From Harriotta raleighana (lineage: Eukaryota): a stretch of DNA of 64,000 bases. Under the pieces are notes generated by a model. The model was not told where the DNA came from. It did no database searches and saw only the letters and a list, made by a program, of their open reading frames with translations. The DNA is taken from assembly GCA_050575255.1 (NCBI GenBank), contig JBNZDD010013718.1:4618261-4682260 (forward strand), written 5' to 3'. A program made the position numbers and the translations under genes. This document shows, piece after piece, positions 50,049-61,327 of the stretch (positions are counted from its first letter, which is position 1; each line of letters starts with the position of its first letter).

Positions 50049-51274
50049 ATATTGATGGGGCAAGCAAAAATTTCCATTCCAAATGTGTACATACAATCCA
50101 CCAACAAAACTGATTCCAAGCGCAATATTCCTGCAAGAGAAAATGTTAAAACAATCCTATAATCAAATGGGCCATTAAAGCAGTTTTTTTTATGCTGATC
50201 CAACTTGTGAACAGACATTTGCCAGACCAATTTAAATGTTTTCCACATTGAAGGTAAAACTTAAAGGCTATAAAGGAAAAAAAAACTTTCCATGAAAAGG
50301 ATTTATGTTTGTTTAAAAAATACATATTTGCCATGTGAAATCTTACAGATATTCTTTTGGTAACTTCAAACCTGATTTTCTTCAGCCTGTTGAACAGTTT
50401 CATTTTGCAGAGTGTATTTTTTTCAACTAAATAAAACATGTGTCAATATGTAATTTCTGGATTCATCTTTTTATTTTGCATTCCTACTGCAATAGCACTG
50501 ATCCCACTTATCAAAATCTCACATACTGTAGCGAGGGCCTCAGTTTGGTGAATGTGTTTTTTTCCTATCCAAATAATGCATGCTAGTTATCATGGTCAGA
50601 TCGGTAATGTAGCCTTTCCCAGTCAAGGCTGAAGTGGAAGTTTAATAGTTCACATCATAAATTAGGTACTAATTTACTGCAAATGATGTTAGATTGGTTC
50701 TGCCATATGTCAGGTGTCAAAGCAAAAAAAAAATTGATTGTACCCAAAACAGCTGCCTTATCAGCTGAGTATATGTTATTTTCATTTGAGCATTGAATTC
50801 ATTGATCATAAATTCTGTATGTAATTTATGAACAGAAACCAAACATGAATGCTTTCAATCAAGCGAGGTACACAAGTATATGGCTTGTGAAATGCTTTCA
50901 CATTAAAAATGTGACAGAAAATTCTGCTAAGGGGAATATGCATCTCATAACATCTATGTTAACTCAAAATGTATTTTTTTATTCTGTCCTATTTTTGTGT
51001 GAAATCTAAATGAGTTTCTCGATAAATTAATGCAGATTTTGTTTTCAACTATGGAGATCTTAATTTACATGCATTGTTTTGCTTACTGTACCTTTCACTG
51101 GCAGATTTATGGAATGGTTTCTTGGCCGAAGTCACTATAATACAATTTATTATTTGCAGATGGTGGTTAGAGCATTGATTTTATTTTGTGATGTTTGTTG
51201 TCGGTTGTACTTCCAGTGATTCATTTCTTCCATTTGCAATAACTTGCAGTAGTAATAAAGTGCTTGTATTTTAA

Positions 51275-51670
51275 TATGGGGTGATCTGATTGAGTTGTTT
51301 AGGGCATAGTGAAGGGAATTGACGGAGTGGATAAGGAAATACTCTTTCCTATAGTTGCATAATCTAGAACAAGAAGGCATAATGTAAAATGTAGAGCTCA
51401 ACCTGGTTAGTTGTGAAATAAGGAGTCATTGCTTTATGTGGGGAGATATGTACTGGTAGTAATCACTTGTACAAAAAACTGTTGATGGAAAGTTTAAAGA
51501 GATGTTTTAAGAATAAAGTGAATTCTTGATTAGCAAGAGTGTGGACAGAGGATGGAGGGTATGAAGAAAAGGTAGGCAAATAATGTTAAATTGTAGCTCA
51601 GCAGTAATCTCGGAAAAATAGAAATGTAAACTTGATGACGCAAATTACATACTTCTGATCCTTATCACAT
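51275..51670 (+). mobile_element. Degraded CR1 ORF2 end and 3' UTR
   Basis: GDLIELF..KGIDGVDKEILFPIV..SRTRRHN resembles CR1 RGDLIEVFKIMKG.D.VD.E.LFP..ESRTRGH. Confidence 0.75.
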
Positions 51671-53099
51671 TTCAAGATTTTATAGCGCTTAGAACAAAAT
51701 GGTTCAAGCAGAACTGTTGCTAATCTGCTTTAGTATTGTCTTTCAAACAGTTTAGTTTTTGTTTCCAGTTTTAATGAATTTAGATAAGGGAGCAATTTGC
51801 ATTTGTAAAATGTTAAAACAATTTAATCAAAAGAGTGTTTCCTGGAATTTAATAATAATCCTTTGCATTTGATCTAGCATTTTACTGCATCATTGACATT
51901 TCAAATAAATTATTATTTACAGTGCACCAATAATACTAATAATCATAACAGACACAGTTATGAGGCCCTCACCACAGTTTGTGAGAATTTGATAAGCGGG
52001 ATCACTGCTGTTGCAGTAGGAATGCCAAACTAAAAGATGAATCAAGAAATTATTTCATGGGATCCACTGTAAAGTAGAGTGACTGCATATTTTCTGGGCA
52101 AAATTTGAATACCATAATTGGAAAATACAGTGTAGAGTGTACAATTTTGAATTGAGCAGCTTTTCTCAGTAAAAGATTAAATGCTTATGTGAAATGCTTC
52201 TGACCTGTTTCAACCACAGTCGTTCACCCATACTACACTTACTCTAGAGATATTGCAGTTCCATTATTACTTTCATTCTTCAAAATAGTTTCCTGCTCAC
52301 CAAGTACAGTTAAGTTACATTTGAATGAAGTGTCTTTACTTTAAAAGAAACTTGCAAAGGAGACCATTTTTTCAATTTTTAGTAACCCTGTTCATTTATT
52401 CCATGACCTCAGTGACAGAAGTGAATGTACAGAGGAATCATACCAAGTACCACCTTTCAGGTTAATGTTATTTCTCTCCTTCGCTCACCACCACCACCAC
52501 CTGTTGAAAAAAATCAAAATGCAGCTTTGAATGACTGTGTGTAGAAAAAGGTCTCAAAAGACAGTACAATATATACAAAATTTCCGATTAAGTCCTTCAC
52601 ACTTTCAGAAATTCTACTGCTAAAATGAACCCGTTGAACCAATTCGGACGAAGCGCTCACATGTTAAACATCCCAACAGGTTCTGTGTAACATTAAGGGA
52701 GAAAGAATGCAAGTCCAGGCCATCAGCATCACTGGAATTTTATAAGCACTTTCCCTAAAATGTAGCTGGTTCTGTTAAGTGCAGTTTAAATAATGTTTTG
52801 AGGCTGCAGATTATCAGACTGTTTAAGATTTGTGATCTGTTTAACAGAAATTGTCATTGGATACCATGTGGCACCTTTTTCTATCCAGTATAGAGATAAT
52901 TACAGACACATCCATCAATATTGGCATTTGTGCTAAATACAGAGGAGACATTTGATCAGGTAGGACAGTAATATCTGCTCAATACTCCAGAGACATTAAT
53001 CAGAACTAATAGGACACAGAGATTATACACCTATCAGCAGCCTCTCTAAAGGCTTCTGTCTTTTCTTTGCTGTGGAAAGGAAAGATGATCTTAATCAGA

Positions 53100-53260
53100 A
53101 CCAGCAATGAGAAGATTTTCTTCCCCACAGAATGGTGGATGTGTTGAACTCGATATTGCATTTACTTGAGATTTGTATTGGAGTTAAGATGCTGACTGAA
53201 ATGAGCAAATGCTCAATGGGGCATAATGATTTCTGTGCTGAACCATATTCTTTGTAATGC
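53100..53260 (+). mobile_element. Highly degraded CR1 3' fragment
   Basis: ttttcttccccacagaatggtggatgtgttgaactc resembles FFxQRVVxxWNSL, followed by a CR1-like terminus. Confidence 0.4.
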
Positions 53261-53494
53261 ATTATTATTAAAATAATATTGCATTCCTCAGACTGTAAAA
53301 TATTTCATTTAAAGGGCACTGTAAGTTCAAAATAAATTGTATACCCCTTATATACATATTATAAGCAAGCACATTTTAAACCCCAATATGGAAGTTTAAA
53401 ATGGTGTAATTAGAACCCTACTATAGCTCACTCATGCATTCTGTTCCAACTTGATTCACAACTCCCTTATTTTGATTGGATACTTTACATGACA

Positions 53495-53790
53495 CAAACA
53501 ACAACTTGCATTTATATAACTCCCTTTAATCCAGATGGTGTCTCGGAGCACTTAACAGTGGTGGAGCCTGATGCCGAGCTAGGGGAGGGGGCGGTGACTG
53601 TAGGCACAGTGGAAGAGGAAGATCTTCAAACGGGATCTCAAAATGGGCAGAGGGGTCAAGGTGAAGGATTGAGGAGACTTCCACAGCTTTGAGGCATAGA
53701 GGCTGAAGGCACGGGCTCCGATGGTGGGGCAGAGGGTCCAGGGGACAAAGAGGAGCCTGGAGCCAGTTGAGCAGAGGCAGCAAACGTACA
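53495..53790 (-). mobile_element. L2 LINE 3' end
   Basis: Minus peptide TIGARAFSLYASKLWKS...RLKIFLF (L2 C-terminus) and tail acaacaacttgcatttatata. Confidence 0.88.
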
Positions 53791-54624
53791 AATGAATATC
53801 TTACAGTGATTCAGCAAAGGCAAACTGGGCCAAAATGAGCCATCTTCAGACCTAAAACATTCTGTGTGATTCCACACAGCCTGCACTGGTTTCCTCTTAA
53901 AACCATTGTGTTGCTCACCATATGTGATTTAGCACTTCAACACTTTGTGTCAGCCTTAATGTAGGATATAAATTATTGCATGTCTCATTGTCATACAGTG
54001 AATCAGTGTAAATTTGAATAAACATGATAGTTTTTTTTTCAATAGTCAAAATTAGGGGGGAAAAGTTCAACGTGGACTTTATTTATTTTAACAAGAAATG
54101 ATGGAATCATTGTGACGCAACATAATTGCTTCTTAATGCCATTTGTATGCTGGATAACGTAGTGTGCATGCAGAGTTCTGGTTAGCAGAGTGGAACCTCT
54201 ATCCACAGCCTGAATGTTCTCTGTACGTTCTCTACTGCCCATTTGCAGTGAAGCCAACCAGAGTTAAGTGATTCATGCTGGCATTAGCAGTCTCTGTTTT
54301 CTGGCTTTTACAACCCCAAAGTTTCTGAGGCACCTCCCTACTCTACTGTGCGTTTTAGTTTTTTGGCTCCTTTGCTGTTCAGCTAAGATTACCATGATCT
54401 TTTAAACAGTCTCTTCACCTGTGAGCCTGGCTATCATTGCCGATTAGAACCAGCTACCCTGCTCAATGCCAACTATTCAGTTTGGTTCTCAAGGGATGTC
54501 TGTAATTATTTTTGCTTGGTGAGGGATTGAATTATGTGCTTAATCCAGTTGAATCTGTGTTAATATTCATGCTAGCTATTTTTAGTGCTTATTTCTAAGA
54601 TTGCTAATAATGATAGGAATAACC

Positions 54625-54790
54625 CTCCAATATCTCGAGCACTTCGCAGGTAATTGTTGGCAAGTGTAGTGACTGTATTTCTGGCAGTCAATGGGCTCAC
54701 CACAAATTAGCCTTGAATCCCAATTTGGTGCTTCAACTCTCAACCTTTTGACCCAGAGGTGAGAGTACCAGCAAATGAGCTAGCCTGACT
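54625..54790 (-). mobile_element. Internally deleted old Deu-SINE
   Basis: aagtgtagtgactg...caaccttttgacccagaggtgagagtacc..tgagc. Confidence 0.55.
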
Positions 54791-54951
54791 AGTTAATCCA
54801 ATTACTATGAGAAAAACATTTGATCTGACCCTTGGAAACTGCTGTGAATAAGAATACATCGGTTGGTTTCATTGTGTTAAACTAGTTCCAAGCTGAATAA
54901 TCTTGAGTCAGGCATTGCTTTATAATAAATGGCAGTGATCCTCTTCTAATA

Positions 54952-55120
54952 AATAATAATAATCCTTGCATTTCATATAGCGCTTTTCATATCTCCATGT
55001 GTCTCAAAGCACTTCACAGAATATACTGTAAATTGAATTGACTGTATATTTGTGGGCGAAATGCAGCAGCCAATTGCACACAGCAGTGTCCCACAAACAG
55101 TCGTAGATTGAAATGATCAA
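54952..55120 (-). mobile_element. 5'-truncated young Deu-SINE
   Basis: Close match to the reverse complement of about 1755-1925; the ORF track shows the same pseudo-peptide ISIYDCLWD..CNWL..FAHKYTVNS. Confidence 0.92.
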
Positions 55121-55198
55121 ACTATGGTCATCTGATGTGAAAAATGCAATTATTAAATACATTAATAAGATTGAAGATGAGCTTGATATTGAGTGGTT

Positions 55199-55204
<6 letters not shown>

Positions 55205-55228
<24 letters not shown>
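55205..55228. repeat. (TA)n microsatellite
   Basis: tatatatatatatatatatatata. Confidence 0.9.
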
Positions 55229-55229
<1 letters not shown>

Positions 55230-55889
55230 ATAAGAAAGAGTAGGATAGGCAAAACTAGCCACAGAATCATTGAGTACTTCAAATCTTTCCAACATCTGAA
55301 CTGTAAATAAATCTTCAGTTTTATAGTTATGGGTATGAGAGCAATTGATACCAGCTACATTTTGCCCAAGTCGAGCCAGCCCTTTGATCATGTGTCTAAT
55401 CACATATGATGATGTGACTTTGGAAACCTCATAGTTGGCTGGCTTCACTTAACTCTGAGGAGATGGCTGAATTTGAGCATCTAGCTCATTTGGTTCAGTA
55501 ATAAATCATCGATAAACAGTTAAGAGCTTGTTTTAGAAATGATGCGCTTCACTCCGATGCGTGAAATTCCTTGTGACAATTTGACGATAATAACCGTAAT
55601 ATTGTCAAAAGCTTAATTACGTGATAACTAAATAATATAACAAAACAATATCAAGAAAATGTCAAACAATCACACTAAGGGTTTTGCCACTTTACTGTAT
55701 TTTTTGATATACTGTACTGCAGCTTGGAGAAATATTGCAGCTACTTCCAGAAGGCTGGAAGTAACACCACTGTTGGTCTTTAATGTGAAGCCAGAATGTT
55801 TTGCCAATCGCTGCACACAAGTTTCTAAGTATTTTTAACACCTACCTTTTTTTTGCATTGCAAATCTTATGACATAACTACCTCCGGTC

Positions 55890-56036
55890 CGCCATATTCT
55901 CAGAATATGCGAGACTGTGGCTGTATATGTGGTATCACCCACAAAATGCGCAATCTTTACAATATATTCTGTGAAGTACTTTGAGGCATCGCAATGATCC
56001 GATAAGGCACTGCATCAAATGCAAGAATTATTATTA
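55890..56036 (+). mobile_element. Deu-SINE 3' fragment
   Basis: cccacaaaatg..tttacaatatattctgtgaagtactttgag..caaatgcaagaattattatta. Confidence 0.7.
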
Positions 56037-57589
56037 TATGCACTTTGTGAAACACTGTAAAATGTGTGATTGTAACTGTTTAGTTTTTTTGTAATTTGTT
56101 GTTGGTTTTAATTCAAATTGTTTAATGTATCTAACTGAGGTACTATGAAATGTATTTCTGAATGGCATTAATGGAAAAGGAAAAACAACAAGAAAATATT
56201 AATAATGCCTTTGTGTAAAATACTGTTTTACTATCAAGGAATATTTTGTACAGATCATACATCTTCCAAGCAACAGTACAGTGATTTATCCTGTAAGTGG
56301 AGGAATATATATTCTGTTAGTTCATTTTTTTCTTGCAAAGCAAATGGTTTGAATCAGCTAGCTTTTAAGCCGATGCTATGGACACTAGGCATAATGTTTC
56401 TGAAGGAACCTTGGCAAGACACAAAGAATAATCCATCTTTGATCATCCTTGTATCATTTTTTGGAATTACTTAAAGTAACAAAAAAAATTGCTGTCGGTT
56501 TTAACTATTTTATCTTACATTGCTACATTAGAAGGGTTTAATTTCAAACTACCCAAACTTAATGAATAGAAAACGCAAAATATTTTGAATGTGTTTAACT
56601 GGAGGTGATATTAAATATGTTTCTGAATGGCATTAATTGAGGGGGAAAAAAGACAATAATATATTCTATCACAGCATTCAGTAAAAGAAACAGTTGTACA
56701 TTGTGTTAAGTGCCAACTGGAAATACATCTGTGAAAATCATGCAATTGGTATTGATAGCTACAGGTCTAAAAAGGACCTGTTAACAACTGAAAGCTACAT
56801 GAGAAACCAGGGGGCGTTTTATGCAACAATGGATAAAAATATGAATTCAGTGATTCTATTTTATCCTCTGATCTTTCCCCCCATCCTATACCCAAGCTCC
56901 AATTATGCCATCCCACACTCTCCTCCTCACTCTTCTTTTTGAGTATTAATTGTTGTGGGAAGCTTATAGTTACTGCAAGGGTATCTTGAAAATAGCAGCT
57001 GATCCCTATCAGACTCTAGTATTGGAGTATATCTGGCGTGTATGGATTCTAAAGACTTATTTCTTCTTTCCATAAACTCTTCATTTTCACTTGTGCATGA
57101 GCCTGTGTTTTGGAAGCTATTTTTTAAAATTGTAGTTATTAAGTTAAAGTGTTGCGACATAGGTTGCAAGCTGTGAGACAGCGGGGATTTAAAATGAGTT
57201 CTGAACTGCATCCAATATTTGTTTTTTATAAAAAACTTCTTTTACCACGTAGTATTTCCAAAATAGCTACAATTTGTTTATCTGTTGATAATTTAACTGG
57301 TCATTATGTAAAATAGATTCCCTCTGAATTTAATGTAAGTTGCACAGTGAATGGAAACAATAAATCTCACATTTTATTTTTTAAGATGATATTAAAGCTT
57401 GGGCACAGTTGTTTTTGTTGCAACTTCTTAAAGATGGAGGAAGCATTCTGTTAAAACCTACCGAGAGTGAGGACAAGCTGAACAATACTTCAGACTTTAA
57501 ATAATTCTATAATAAGATGAATTCATATCCTTGGGTAACGAGATAAGAGAGGTTCACATGTGAAAGTTTGAAATGAAAAAGTTGCTTCC

Positions 57590-57680
57590 ATTAGCGCTTT
57601 TCATATCAGGAACCCGTCTCAAAGCACTTCGCAGAATTTTACTGTAAAGGTTTGTGATTGTATGTGTACTTGTAGGCAAA
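57590..57680 (-). mobile_element. Deu-SINE 3' fragment
   Basis: tagcgcttttcatatc..gtctcaaagcacttcgcagaattttactgtaaag. Confidence 0.65.
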
Positions 57681-57984
57681 AATTCTATTTTTTACACCTC
57701 AATGTGGGTCGAATCAATCTAGTTGGGATAACACCTTCTCAAGATTGCCTTCGCCACTGGGTACCATAGTGAAACACTTTGCGATTGCGTGACTGATTTA
57801 TACTGAGCAATTCACATCACCTTCTCTGCAGATTACTGCCCTTCAGGGAAATGAGCTACCACTGACTGCAATACAGTATTGCAGGTGTTTTTACTCATGC
57901 CAGGGCACGTTTTAAAACCTATTAAATCTTGCTCTGCCAATTTACAATAAAATGTAGTCTTGGAATAAAAATACTACTGTACCT

Positions 57985-58030
57985 CAATCTCTAAGGATAA
58001 TATGACACAATCTCTAAGGATAATATGACA
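57985..58030. repeat. Perfect 23-bp tandem duplication
   Basis: caatctctaaggataatatgaca twice, with no N. Confidence 0.9.
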
Positions 58031-58839
58031 CATAATATGATTAAGATTTTTTAATCATTCAGAATATTGGAGTACTATTTTCCATGTACCCTGATGCAGC
58101 CCCAGTTATTTCTCTCCCACTCACACAAAGACAACTTGCATTCATATTGTGCCCTTCACTCAGTGCTTAAAAAGGCATGAAATTACACTATATAAGACAT
58201 TACTTGGTAACGAAGCTTCATACAATTAATTTAATTGCACACTTATCTTAATTATATGAATTTACCTTATCTCATATATAAAACTTCCAGTACTCAGAAT
58301 TCTAAACCTTGAACTTCAAATAGGGTGAGGCTGTTTCATATCTTATTCATTATTTGGTCTAAGGGTAATGTTTAGCAATGAATAACTGGAATGTTTAATA
58401 GTTGAGAGGTCAACAGTGTCATACTAAATTATCTTGAGAACCCCATTCAAAGATAAACAGAGAAGTGTTTAGCTTTCACTTGATCTCAACTGACATGTAT
58501 AACAGAAGTCCTCGCTAGCTAGTAAATACCCTGAATTGATTTCACTGCTGTAACTGATACACTTACAGAAATTAATAGCAAAGTGTTAAATATAAACAAC
58601 AGTAATTTTATGCAGTTCCAAAAATATTTATTATAAACTGATGGACAAACCATATGTTGTTAACTGTATTTGGAGAAATGCAAGGGTATGATTAATAGAT
58701 CAAAATTGGGTACCATTGTATTTAATCAATGGAAAGAATAGTGCTAAAGAACAAATAATGCTGGACGATTAAATGGAGTGATGCAGCCATTTGAACAGTT
58801 TACATTGTTGTTTTATATACAATCAAGAAGAACATTATA

Positions 58840-59438
58840 CAGTAAAACCCCATTTATCCGTGACTCGATGAACCGGAAACCCTGTTGAACCGGAACCTCA
58901 AAAAAAGTATTGATTCAATAAACCGGAAGTTATCCGGCAGAATAGTGATGACGCATTAAATGAATCGATTGTGGCATACGAGTATTGTGGCAGGTACTCG
59001 GCTAGCCGCTAGTCAAGCCTAAAGTCACACTCCTGAAATCGCTATACTGCCTTTATTAAAAAAAAGTCACGCTACTGCCGCTTGGTTTTCCTCCCATGAC
59101 TGCCTTGCAGAAGTTAAGTAGAAATAATAAAGTACTACTACAATATTCTGTTATTACTGTATCTGTTATTAGTGTATTTAGTGTATGATTTGTATAGTAT
59201 TGTTCAACATTTACAATAAAGTAGCCATACAATATTCTGTTATTACAGAATCTGTTATTATTGTATTTAATCTATTATTTATATGGTAGTGTACAACATT
59301 TACAATAAAATACCCATACAATATTATTATTATCTAGTCTTATTAATATGGTATGTGTTATAATAATTTTTAATTAAAAAAAACGTTTAACCGCCACTGG
59401 CCAGGTCCCCTGGGTGCCGGATAAATGGGGTTTTACTG
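58840..59438. mobile_element. Non-autonomous Tc1/mariner (Tigger/pogo-like) element, 599 bp
   Basis: Perfect 21-bp TIRs cagtaaaaccccatttatccg / cggataaatggggttttactg and TA TSD (58838-58839, 59439-59440). Subterminal aaccggaa repeats and an internal 89-bp tandem repeat from 59139. Confidence 0.93.
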
Positions 59439-59489
59439 TAAATCATAATCACAACATTATTCCATATGAGTAAGTTGATTGAATTGATG

Positions 59490-60195
59490 TCATTTGGGCT
59501 CAAGTTAGCGTCCTGACAGCCTGCCTGTCTGATATCAAGTCCTGGATGAGGTTCAACTTTCTTCAGCTCAACATCAGCAAGACTGAGGCCTTCCTGATTG
59601 ACTCGCGTCAGTGCCTCCATTCCTCAGGCGTTGGTAGCACTCTTCAAGGCTGCACTCTCCGTCTCTCGAAGCCAGTCAGGATCCTGGATGTCTTGTTTGA
59701 CCCTGAACTGTCCTTCCCGCTCCACATTCCCGCTATGTTTTAATTTCAAATAAACATTTATAGAGTTTTTTATTTGAAATCCAATTCCTGCTTAAGATCT
59801 AAAACAGATTCAACTTCAAACATTTAGTCAGATGTTCCACACCATCCACCACCTCCGTAACATTGCCAGACTCCACCACTGCCTCACCCCTCAGGCTGCT
59901 CAAACTCTTGTCGATGCACTCATCACATCAAAGCTCGACTATGGAAACACCCTCCTTGTTGGCCTTTCCAGCTATTCCCTTCATAATTGCAGATCATCCA
60001 GAACTCTGCAGCTCATGTCTGCTCTCACGAAGCTCCGCGACCACATCACTCCCACCCTCGCCCGGTTCCATTACCTCCCCATTCCCCAGAGGATTGAATT
60101 CAAGATCCTCGTCTTCACTTTCAAGGCCATTCACGGCCTTGCCCCTCCTCGGGACGTCCTTCTCATGTGAAAGGCGCTGTGTAAATGTAATTTTA
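59490..60195 (+). mobile_element. 5'-truncated L2 LINE interrupted at 59740-59831
   Basis: WMRFNFLQLNISKTEA...LDVLFDPELSF and HLRNIARL..LITSKLDYGNTLLVGL..RIEFKILVFTFKAIHGLAP are L2 ORF2. Confidence 0.92.
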
Positions 60196-60204
60196 ATTGA
60201 TTGA

Positions 60205-60423
60205 TATCTCTCTGATCTGCTTCCTCTCTTACCTCCTTCAAGGTTGGGCTCAAAACCCTCCTCTTGGATCGTGCCTTCTGCCGCCCACCCAACTCTATCT
60301 CTCCCTTTACCCCTACTCTGCCCCTCCCACTTGCTTGGGTCCCGACCCCTGACTGTTCAGCGCCTTGGGATGTCATCCTGACATGAAAGGAGCTGTATAA
60401 ATGTAATTTTGTTGCTGTTGTTG
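60205..60423 (+). mobile_element. Second L2 3' end
   Basis: cctccttcaaggttgggctcaaaaccctcctctt...gcgccttgggatgtc..catgaaaggagctgtataaatgtaattttgttgctgttgttg. Confidence 0.85.
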
Positions 60424-60840
60424 ATGGTCCCATGAATCTGTGATGTTTGCCAAACACTTTACATTTCAAATGAATCCAGCTTTGAGTATTGTAACAGAAA
60501 ACAAAATGCCTCATGAACATCTGTGTCAGTGCACTACATCCTCATTAAGTGCAATTAACCTTTGTTATGAAGTGGGGCTGTGCATTTCTTAAAATTGCAT
60601 TCCTACTGGTTGAAGGAAATTTTTGTTAATGGACATAGATTGTATTGAAGTGTCCGCCGGAAACTCGGCTTTTTATCAATCTGCTGTTTTGGCTTTAATG
60701 CTTTACACACTTCCTCTATTAACATGTGGTTTCATTTCAAGGACTCATTAGATCCTGTATGCCCTGATTTAAGTTTTTTTTTTAAATTAACAAGCCTGAA
60801 AGCAATAATCTCATGCACTGATCGGGAGACAATAAAATTC

Positions 60841-60955
60841 CATAGAACCATAGAAATTTACGGCACAAAAGAAAAGCGTTCAACTCATCGTGTCTGAGCC
60901 AGCTCCCTCAAGAGAAATCTTTTCAGCTCCATTTCCCTGCTCTTTCCCCACGAGC
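60841..60955 (-). mobile_element. CR1 LINE 3' end
   Basis: catagaaccatagaaatttacggcacaaaagaa..ttcaactcatcgtgtctg..ccctgctctttcccc. Confidence 0.8.
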
Positions 60956-61199
60956 AGTTTTCAGTATTAAGGAGGCATGGTGCAATGTTGAGTAAGATGT
61001 ATTTAAATTCAACTTGGTAATTCCTTGTTCTATATGTTTTATTGCTTGACATTTGATATGGAGATCCGAAATAAGTATAATTTGCACATTATTTTCCTGA
61101 ATCCAACCGCAAGAATTTTATCTCTTTAATGGAGTGTGGATTTCAAACTGATCTAGTTCATAGACCTTTCTGATATAGTTTTACGTTCTTGATTTGTAG

Positions 61200-61327
61200 A
61201 CATCCAGGAGCACACGTTCAGATGAGGATAAGGCTTTTGGATGGGATGCCTGGGGACCTTGGAGCGACTGTTCTCGGACTTGTGGAGGAGGAGCCTCGTA
61301 CTCTCTCAGAAGATGCTTAAACATCAG
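61200..61327 (+). CDS. ADAMTSL3: ADAMTSL3 internal coding exon (start of TSR1), 128 nt, phase 0-2
   Basis: Acceptor ttcttgatttgtAG at 61198-61199 and donor CAG|GTCAGA at 61328. Translates [42 protein letters not shown](R), with the TSR WxxWxxW and CSRTCGGG motifs. TSRxTRSDEDK and WSDC fit ADAMTSL3 better than ADAMTSL1. Confidence 0.96.

Larger units (their letters stand above)
10156..61199 (+). other. ADAMTSL3: ADAMTSL3 intron (51,044 nt as assembled, including about 3 kb of false duplication)
   Basis: GT..AG between two phase-compatible exons whose peptides are contiguous in ADAMTSL3. Confidence 0.88.
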
